64,000 nucleotides of DNA from Gammaproteobacteria bacterium (GTDB taxonomy: Bacteria; Pseudomonadota; Gammaproteobacteria; Acidiferrobacterales; SPGG2). Where the stretch lies: assembly GCA_029861845.1 (NCBI GenBank), contig JAOTYM010000001.1, positions 16,137-80,136 on the forward strand, given 5' to 3'. Made by a program: the position numbers and the translations under genes. The number at the start of each line of letters is the position of its first letter. Within the stretch, counting starts at the first letter, position 1. The notes below the pieces were generated by a model that worked only from the letters and a program-made list of their open reading frames with translations, did no database searches and was not told the origin of the DNA. Of the stretch, positions 17,837 to 24,340 are shown in pieces.

Positions 17837-18264
17837 TCCTTATCTCTCGAATCCTGGATTTGAAAGTCTCACAGACCATAGTGTATTTGATCGTCTGCAC
17901 ACGGGCTGGGCCACTGCTCAATTGCGGTGATGTTGGCGATTTTCTAGCGCCTGATATACACCCCCTCCCGTTTCTGCGACGCAACCCGCTGGCTGGAAAA
18001 GCCGGATGCGTTGTCTATACTGCTTAGGCCAACGCAATAAAGGCATCAAGCCACTTAAATAGGCTTCTTCTAGCCTAAATTTCCACACGGGGAGTGATCG
18101 ATCCGAATGGCGATGCGAGCGCATCGCTAGCGGCCCGCTTGTGCTAGGCGGCGCCGCACGGCGATGGGGGATAAGGGAGGCTGCACGGAGGCAGCGCACG
18201 AAGCGCAATCGGGGCTGCCGTGACCGGAACACCACGTCGGCGCCGCGATAAGGGGGTAGATAAG

Positions 18265-19878
18265 ATGTTTCTCAAATCGCTCACGCCGATATTCTTGACA
18301 CTTTTTCTCCTAGTGATATCGATCCAAGGGCCATCCGCCTGGGCGGCGAAACCGCCCGGGGGGCATCTTAATATCACTGAGGTGTTAGTAACCTTTGGCC
18401 CGCCGGATACCCTTACCATCACCGGCGAGGACTTCGATTTTGGACCTGGCCCATTGGTCGTCACCTTCGGGGATCTCGGCCCGCTCGACATCGTCAGCGC
18501 CACTGCTACGGAGATTGTGGTCAAGTGTCCGTTGACCTTGACCGGATATATGTGCCCGGAGGGTGACCGCCTGCTCACTGTCTCCATGGGCAATGGGCAA
18601 AGCCAAAACGATGAGTACGATCTGACCATCGGCGCGGTAGGCCCGCAAGGACCCCAGGGCGATAAAGGAGACAAGGGTGATCAGGGAGATAAAGGCGATA
18701 AAGGAGACAAGGGTGATCAGGGAGATAAAGGCGATAAAGGAGACAAGGGTGACACGGGAGAGCAAGGCATCCAAGGAGTGAAGGGTGACACGGGAGAGCA
18801 AGGCATCCAAGGAATGAAGGGTGACACGGGAGAGCAAGGCATCCAAGGAATGAAGGGTGACAAAGGTGACCAGGGTGAACAAGGTCCGCAGGGACCAGCG
18901 GGACCGCCAGGAGAACCGGCAGCCGTCGAACAGCGCGTCGGCGGAGGCGTGTTCGGGGGAGCAGAGATTGTGGCGATGTTTGGGGATAATTTTCCAGGCG
19001 ATAGTACTATCGAAGGGTTTGAGGGAGGTCATAGTGTGGTTGCGCTGGGCTTCGGTCTCACTGCTTCAACGGATGGAAGCGGTACAGTTCGCGCTACCCC
19101 GTTCGACGTGCAGCTGCAGCTGGACAGCAATCCCCTGATCCTGCCGCTGCAATTGGCCGCTGCTCAAGGTACGGTTATCCCCGAGGTTAAGGTATTCCTT
19201 ATTCGTAGGGATGCGGGAGAACCAGCCCCTTTTTTGGTTCTGGAGTTAGAGAACGTTTTTATCAATTCTGTGAACCTTACAGGGAGCGGCGACCCCACCA
19301 GCAGGCCTGCGGTGCAGATAGCTCTGAACTATGGCAAAGTGATCTTCACCGTCACTCCACGTCAGGCCGACGGCACACCGGGGGCAGAGATAACAGCTGC
19401 GTGGGACGTTGTCAGGAATGATGTCAACGGCTGTACGTTACCGGACCCACTGAAATACGCGACGCCGATCAATCCCGATGAGGGCCAGCAATTCGAGTTC
19501 TTAAGCTCAAGCCTTGGTTTCAGTAGCGTTGTCGACAGTACTGGCTCTGGAGCTGGAAGAACGACTTTTCAGACTGTGAACGTAACCAGGGACATAGCCA
19601 GTGAGTTGGCCATTAGTCCCTGTCTCTTCGGTGCTGCGGCCAATGGCCAGCTCCTTAACGCTGTCGAGATCAACAGGTTTACTCGTGATGAGACGGGCGA
19701 GCTATTTGGCCTGGCGTCGCGAATGCGCTTAGAGGACGCATTTATCACTAGCTACACGCTGTCCGGCAATTCGGAAACAGTGAAGTTTGCTTACAGCAAG
19801 ATTATCTGGACCGAGGAAGTGAAAGACGGCCCAAGAACAACAATAAGGTGGGACGTGATTAAGAACGAGCAATTTTGA
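18265..19878 (+). CDS. Secreted IPT/TIG - collagen-like triple-helix - tandem Hcp-like domain protein
   Basis: ATG at 18265 after 'aaggggg'. Signal peptide 'MFLKSLTPIFLTLFLLVISIQGPSAWA'. Ig-like 'LTITGEDFDFGPGPLVVTFGD...ATEIVVKCP'. 32 uninterrupted G-X-Y triplets (18631-18918). Two segments that align by eye with Hcp ('IEGFEGGHSVVALGFGL...FLVLELENVFINSVNLTGSGD..RPAVQIALNYGKVIFTV..RQADGTPG..AAWDVVRN', and '...VKFAYSKIIWTEE...IRWDVIKN'). Confidence 0.7.
   Translation: MFLKSLTPIFLTLFLLVISIQGPSAWAAKPPGGHLNITEVLVTFGPPDTLTITGEDFDFGPGPLVVTFGDLGPLDIVSATATEIVVKCPLTLTGYMCPEGDRLLTVSMGNGQSQNDEYDLTIGAVGPQGPQGDKGDKGDQGDKGDKGDKGDQGDKGDKGDKGDTGEQGIQGVKGDTGEQGIQGMKGDTGEQGIQGMKGDKGDQGEQGPQGPAGPPGEPAAVEQRVGGGVFGGAEIVAMFGDNFPGDSTIEGFEGGHSVVALGFGLTASTDGSGTVRATPFDVQLQLDSNPLILPLQLAAAQGTVIPEVKVFLIRRDAGEPAPFLVLELENVFINSVNLTGSGDPTSRPAVQIALNYGKVIFTVTPRQADGTPGAEITAAWDVVRNDVNGCTLPDPLKYATPINPDEGQQFEFLSSSLGFSSVVDSTGSGAGRTTFQTVNVTRDIASELAISPCLFGAAANGQLLNAVEINRFTRDETGELFGLASRMRLEDAFITSYTLSGNSETVKFAYSKIIWTEEVKDGPRTTIRWDVIKNEQF
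18661..18858 (+). repeat. Two families of perfect or near-perfect 36-bp tandem repeats inside the collagen-like region
   Basis: Unit 1 'gataaaggagacaagggtgatcagggagataaaggc' occurs at 18661 and 18697, with a half copy at 18733. Unit 2 'gacacgggagagcaaggcatccaagga(g/a)tgaagggt' occurs at 18751, 18787 and 18823. Confidence 0.9.
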
Positions 19879-19923
19879 TAGTGCCTAGTAACTTTCAAGT
19901 CTTGTTATAGTTAGTTGCTGCAT

Positions 19924-19954
19924 CCTCCCGTGCTGGCGGCACGGGAGGTTTTTT
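19924..19954 (+). terminator. Rho-independent terminator after the collagen/Hcp-like gene
   Basis: 10-bp stem 'cctcccgtgc'/'gcacgggagg' followed by 'tttttt'. Confidence 0.8.
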
Positions 19955-20373
19955 GTGTGGTTAGACCGTTATTGCCCCTTAGGACCGGTGGTCACAAGGG
20001 GACTACCAATGATTGACATTTCGGTTGCCATCCCGCTGAGCGTTCTGCCCAACAGACAACACGGAGAGGGAAACCACCATGCCCTTCTACCTAACCCCCG
20101 AACAAGACGACTACAACCAAATCTCCGAGCCTGTATTGCCGAAGCCTTGTACGATGTAGATTCGATTGTGGCGGACCCAGGGGCTTACACGAAAGAAGAA
20201 CTCGCAAGCCTACACAGCCAGATCTTGTCTAATCGGGAACAGGCGTGGGAGCTATTAGGTGGGAGTGAGGATCAACTCCTGTCTACGATGATGCAGATCT
20301 CGCAGGTGGTGACGCGGGAATTTACGAGGGAGAAATGAACGCTCTACCTGCGAGGTAGGCAGCCCGTCCGCGC

Positions 20374-20589
20374 CTACTCCTTTCGGCGACTTAGTTCGAG
20401 TTCTAGAAGCCTCAACTTTGTCTCAGGGATCGGCGCTGTTTGGCCCTTCGACAGCCACCCGTATACCCGTAGCTCTGACACCCTGAGGATCTTGGCTACC
20501 TCCTTGGCCGAGATCTCGTAACGCTTCATCAAGGTCCGGAGTTTTCGGAGCTTCGTTCTCGGCTTCATCAAGGTTCGCCCTCTACGCAT
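20374..20589 (-). CDS. Small HTH protein (excisionase/regulator-like), divergent from the integrase
   Basis: The C-terminal 50 aa 'YEISAKEVAKILRVSELRVYGWLSKGQ' form a helix-turn-helix. The long ORF extends to 20724, but the basic 'MRRGRTLMKPRTKLRKL' start looks more plausible. The start is uncertain. Confidence 0.5.
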   Translation of the reverse strand: MRRGRTLMKPRTKLRKLRTLMKRYEISAKEVAKILRVSELRVYGWLSKGQTAPIPETKLRLLELELSRRKE

Positions 20590-20845
20590 GGCCCCAGGAA
20601 CATCGAAAACATAGCCGCTAGGCCCCGCCAGAGCCCGCTGGGGGTGAGAAATAGCACGACCGACCCCCAAGCTATTAGCAGTATTGCAAGTCTTGCAGGA
20701 CTGCAAGTTTAGTCTAGGAATCAACCCCTGAATAGCTTATGATAAGAGGTCTTCCCAAAAGCTAATTTGGGGAAGGGCGAGCCCCGCAGGTGCGCGAACA
20801 CCTACGAGGCTCTAACCACAACGCAACCTGTATAGGAGGTGCGCC

Positions 20846-21877
20846 ATGGCTGCTGTCATCCTACCACGGCCTATTGCTGGCCAAAGTCTCTCCACTCGTG
20901 CCACCCGTAACCCGGCGAGTGTTTATCTCGCCTCGCTTCAACCTACGGGCAGACGTGCGATGGCGGGTCGTTTGAAGACCGTTGCCGAGTTACTCGGCTA
21001 CACCAACATACGTACCGTCCCCTGGCACGCGCTGCGCTATGAACACGCGACCGCGATCCGCGCCAGACTCCAGGAACTCGGCAAGGCTCCGACAACAGTG
21101 AACGCAACGCTCTACGCGCTCCGTGGTATTGCGAGGGCTGCGTTCAACCTGGGACTCATGACTGCGGAAGATTACCAGCGTTTGCGAGACGTGCGCCCGG
21201 TAAAAGGTGAGCGACTCCCAGCTGGTCGCGCTCTTTCCCGTGGAGAGATCGCCGCGCTGATGGCCGCCTGTACCCGTGATAAAGCCTCAGCCGGTATCCG
21301 CGATGCGGCGCTGATCGGCATTATGTACTGCGCCGGATTACCCCGGGCCGAAATCGTAGCCCTCGATCTACAGCACTGCACCCTTGGTGGGGACACGGCT
21401 GAGCTTAAAGTGCAAGGCAAGGGCAACAAGGAGCGGCTTGTCTATCTCGACAACGGCGCGCACGATGCGCTCGAAGACTGGTTGCGCTTGCGCGAAGACA
21501 GCTCCGGGGTGCTTTTTGTTCCGATTAACAAGGGTAGTCGTATCCAACCCCAGCGCATGACCGAGCAAGCCGTGTACAACGTACTTCGCAAACGCGCTAG
21601 GGAGGCTGGCATCAAAACCTTCTCGCCACACGATCTGCGTCGAAGTTTCATTGGAGATCTGCTCGATGCGGGGGCAGATATCGCTACCGTTCAGAAGCTC
21701 GCTGGCCATGCCAACGTGAGCACCACAGCCAAGTATGATCGGCGGGGTGAGCAGGCGAAGAAAAAGGCCGTGAAGTTGCTGCACATCCCGTACCAATCAC
21801 AAGGAGGCCACTTTGATGATCATCCCCTTTCCAGGCGCAGCAGAGCGCAAGAACTTTCATCTAGACAAAGTCCATGA
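20846..21877 (+). CDS. Tyrosine recombinase / phage-type integrase
   Basis: 343-aa ORF after RBS 'aggagg'. Catalytic pattern is present: 'GLPRAE' (Arg), 'KGNKER' (Lys), 'HDLRRSF' (His-x-x-Arg), 'LAGHANVSTTAKYDRR' (His...Tyr). Ends 29 nt from the tRNA-Lys half-site. Confidence 0.85.
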   Translation: MAAVILPRPIAGQSLSTRATRNPASVYLASLQPTGRRAMAGRLKTVAELLGYTNIRTVPWHALRYEHATAIRARLQELGKAPTTVNATLYALRGIARAAFNLGLMTAEDYQRLRDVRPVKGERLPAGRALSRGEIAALMAACTRDKASAGIRDAALIGIMYCAGLPRAEIVALDLQHCTLGGDTAELKVQGKGNKERLVYLDNGAHDALEDWLRLREDSSGVLFVPINKGSRIQPQRMTEQAVYNVLRKRAREAGIKTFSPHDLRRSFIGDLLDAGADIATVQKLAGHANVSTTAKYDRRGEQAKKKAVKLLHIPYQSQGGHFDDHPLSRRSRAQELSSRQSP

Positions 21878-21906
21878 AGGACTCAGGGTGAGCAAACCAC
21901 TAGTTT

Positions 21907-22070
21907 TGGTGGGCCGTGCTGGAATCGAACCAGCGACCCTCTGATTAAAAGGCGGATGCTCAAACGTTGTGTTTCAATACGTTAAATGCGAATTGCCAAA
22001 TATTTCGCTGAGTTTGTACTTTGTTTTGAATCAAATCGTTAGGTTTTATTTGGCAGCGGATATTTGGCAG
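21907..22070 (-). repeat. Junction module copy C: 45-nt tRNA-Lys 3' half plus conserved arm
   Basis: Near-identical to copy B. The arm carries inverted 'tgccaaatat' / 'atatttggca' motifs. Confidence 0.85.
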
Positions 22071-22237
22071 CATCACGAATAGTATTGCGTTGCCCAGCGC
22101 TACGTCTATAAGCTGACCTGATACGTCACCCCTTTTTGTGTAGTTTCAAGGCGACCACTCTCCTTCGAAACCTCGTCCCAGTGTTTTATCAACGATTGGC
22201 TAACATTGGCATGCCTTATGCACCATAGGGCCAGTTG

Positions 22238-22345
22238 TTTCGTTACAAAGGCAAACCATCCCGAAAGGGTGGGACGCAAAGCTACCTGCCTAGGGTCGAA
22301 AGACGAAGGTAGAGGGGCCGCAGGAGAAACGCCGTACTTTGCAGG
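22238..22345 (+). promoter_or_regulatory. c-di-GMP-I (GEMM-I) riboswitch-like aptamer
   Basis: 'AAAGGCAAACCAUCCCGAAAGGGUGGGACGCAAAGCUACCUGCC...GUCGAAAGAC..AGGUAGAGGGGCCGCAGG' parallels V. cholerae Vc2 'GGGCAAACCAUUCGAAAGAGUGGGACGCAAAGCCUCCGGCC...CCGGUAGGUAGCGGGG'. It has a GAAA-capped first hairpin, the conserved ACGCAAAGC junction, and a 6-bp CUACCU/AGGUAG second helix. It lies ~95 nt upstream of a c-di-GMP signalling operon. Confidence 0.7.
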
Positions 22346-22438
22346 CTTCCCCCCCCCGTCCCTCGAAAACTAGGTCAGCCAGGACTATGGTTTTAGGACT
22401 ATGGTTAATGAGCATTAACCTAATTAGGGGCGAATCCC

Positions 22439-24340
22439 ATGTCATTAAGAAATAAAGTGATTTTTATCATCGTGGCACTGTTCCTCACCTACGGTGCTTT
22501 GGATATTGGTGTTCAGCGCTTTGTCATCATGCCGAGCTTCACTGAGCTCGAGCGCGACGAAGCCACAAAAAACATGGAGCGAGCCGTCCAGGCCATGGAG
22601 CGTGAAATCGAGCACCTGGGCTTTTCAGTCAGCGACTGGGCGTTCTGGGACGACACGTATGAGTTTGTCTCCGGCACCAATCCCGAGTATGTGGAGGATA
22701 ATCTTGTCTTCACCAGCTTCACCGCCCTCAAGGTCCACCTCATGCACTTCTATAACACCGAAGGGAAGCTGGTGTGGGGGAAAAGCTTCGACCTTGAGAC
22801 GGAGGAGGAGATCGAAGTATCCGAGTTTGCCGAGGGTGCGCTGACGGTAGAGAGCGCCCTCATCACCCATAAGACAGAAGATAGTGTCGTTTCAGGGGTC
22901 TTCATGACCCAGGGTGGACCGATGCTGCTCGTATCCAAGCCTGTCTTGACGAATGAGATAAAGGGACCGCCTGCGGGCGCGATCATCATGGCGCGGTTTC
23001 TCAACGAGGCGGCCATCGACACCATCGCCGAGCAGGCTCGGGTCGACCTCGTCGTCGCCCCGCTCATGGGTGCCAACGCCATCAAGCATGATGCACTTCA
23101 GCACATTTCCGACGAGGCGCCTACCTACATCGAGCAAACTGATACCAGCTCCCGCGTCTTTACGACATTTAAGGGCGTCGACGGCAAGCCAGCGCTGTTG
23201 CTGCAGGTCGATGTCCCAAGAGAAATCAGTGCCCGCGGCGAGACCGCTGTCCGCTATGCGGTTGGTTCTCTCGCCATCGCTGGCCTCCTGGCGCTTGGGG
23301 TGCTGCTCCTGCTGCTCCAGCGCACCGTTTTCAAGCCGGTGACCCGCCTCACCAACCACGTTATTCAATTCGGAAAGAGTGACGACTTGGCGGCACGCAT
23401 AGCAATGGAGCGTGATGATGAGATTGGGACGCTCGCCCAAGAGTTCGACCGAATGGTTGAGCGGCTTGCCGACGCGCGCCGCCGGCTCATCGAACAATCC
23501 TATGAGTCAGGTGTGGCCGAGATGGCAAGTGGCGTGCTGCACAACATTGGCAACGCTCTGACCCCGGTGACGGTTCGGCTGGCAAATTTGTCGCAGACAC
23601 TGCACAAGGCACCGCTTGCCGAGGTGGACCAGGCCCATGCGGAGCTTGCTGAGGGCGCCGCACCGGCTGAGCGCCAGGCGGCTCTCAAAGAGTTTGTGAC
23701 GATGGCCGGTCAAGAGCTTGCCGAGACGGTACGCCGTACAGCTCAAGATGTGGAGGTAACCACGAGTCAGATCAGCCACATTGAACAGATTTTGGCCGAC
23801 CAAGAGAAGTTCAGTCGCGCAGAGCGCGTCCTCGAGGCCATCGACATCGATGGGCTTGTTGCGGAGTCTCTAGGCTTTGTGTCGACGACTCTCCTCGAGT
23901 CGATGTCAGTCAAACAGGATTCGGCCCTCAAAGACATGCATCCCATCGACGGCGCGCGAACACCATTACAGCAGGTGGTGGCGAATCTCATCATCAACGC
24001 GGCCGAAGCTATACAGCACATGCCTGCCGACGAAGGTCGGCTTGAGATTTCAGCCGAGGAGACACGTGTCGACGGGGATGAAATGCTCCACATTCGGTTC
24101 AAGGATAACGGTTGCGGCATTGATCCACAGAATATTGAGCGCATCTTCGAGCGTGGCTTTACGACTAAACCGTCTGGCGCCTCGGGGCTAGGGCTGCACT
24201 GGAGCGCCAACACTGTTTCGGTGATGCGCGGGAGACTTTACGCAGAAAGTGAAGGTGCGGGGCGCGGTGCCTGTCTGCATCTATTGTTACCTCTATCCTC
24301 CTCTGCCACGGGGACGTCAGTGACCGAGGTTGCGGCGTGA
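22439..24340 (+). CDS. Sensor histidine kinase with CHASE4-like periplasmic domain and HAMP
   Basis: 633-aa ORF. TM1, then a periplasmic region with 'SDWAFWDDTYEFV' (CHASE4-type, from memory), then TM2 and HAMP ('DEIGTLAQEFDRMVERL'). H-box 'SGVLHNIGNAL'. HATPase_c N/G boxes 'NLIINAAEAI', 'DNGCGI', 'GLGLH'. Confidence 0.8.
   Translation: MSLRNKVIFIIVALFLTYGALDIGVQRFVIMPSFTELERDEATKNMERAVQAMEREIEHLGFSVSDWAFWDDTYEFVSGTNPEYVEDNLVFTSFTALKVHLMHFYNTEGKLVWGKSFDLETEEEIEVSEFAEGALTVESALITHKTEDSVVSGVFMTQGGPMLLVSKPVLTNEIKGPPAGAIIMARFLNEAAIDTIAEQARVDLVVAPLMGANAIKHDALQHISDEAPTYIEQTDTSSRVFTTFKGVDGKPALLLQVDVPREISARGETAVRYAVGSLAIAGLLALGVLLLLLQRTVFKPVTRLTNHVIQFGKSDDLAARIAMERDDEIGTLAQEFDRMVERLADARRRLIEQSYESGVAEMASGVLHNIGNALTPVTVRLANLSQTLHKAPLAEVDQAHAELAEGAAPAERQAALKEFVTMAGQELAETVRRTAQDVEVTTSQISHIEQILADQEKFSRAERVLEAIDIDGLVAESLGFVSTTLLESMSVKQDSALKDMHPIDGARTPLQQVVANLIINAAEAIQHMPADEGRLEISAEETRVDGDEMLHIRFKDNGCGIDPQNIERIFERGFTTKPSGASGLGLHWSANTVSVMRGRLYAESEGAGRGACLHLLLPLSSSATGTSVTEVAA

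Larger units (their letters stand above)
8046..21951. mobile_element. Integrative element (~13.9 kb) bounded by direct 45-nt tRNA-Lys 3'-half repeats, with an intact tyrosine integrase at its right end
   Basis: Direct repeats at 8046-8090 and 21907-21951. The integrase (20846..21877) ends 29 nt from the right repeat. A small HTH gene is divergent from int. Cargo is heterogeneous and includes pseudogene fragments. Confidence 0.7.

Noticed and set aside
18955-19875. An ordinary T6SS Hcp gene or T6SS locus
   Set aside because: The protein has a Sec signal peptide, an Ig-like domain and a collagen stalk. No TssA-M, VgrG, PAAR or ClpV genes are present in the 64 kb. It is reported instead as an unusual architecture.
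15900-21900. An integron with gene cassettes, suggested by an integrase plus several short unrelated genes and repeats
   Set aside because: The integrase lacks the IntI-specific insertion and faces a tRNA half-site rather than an attI. The genes lie in mixed orientations. No attC-like imperfect inverted repeats follow the ORFs.
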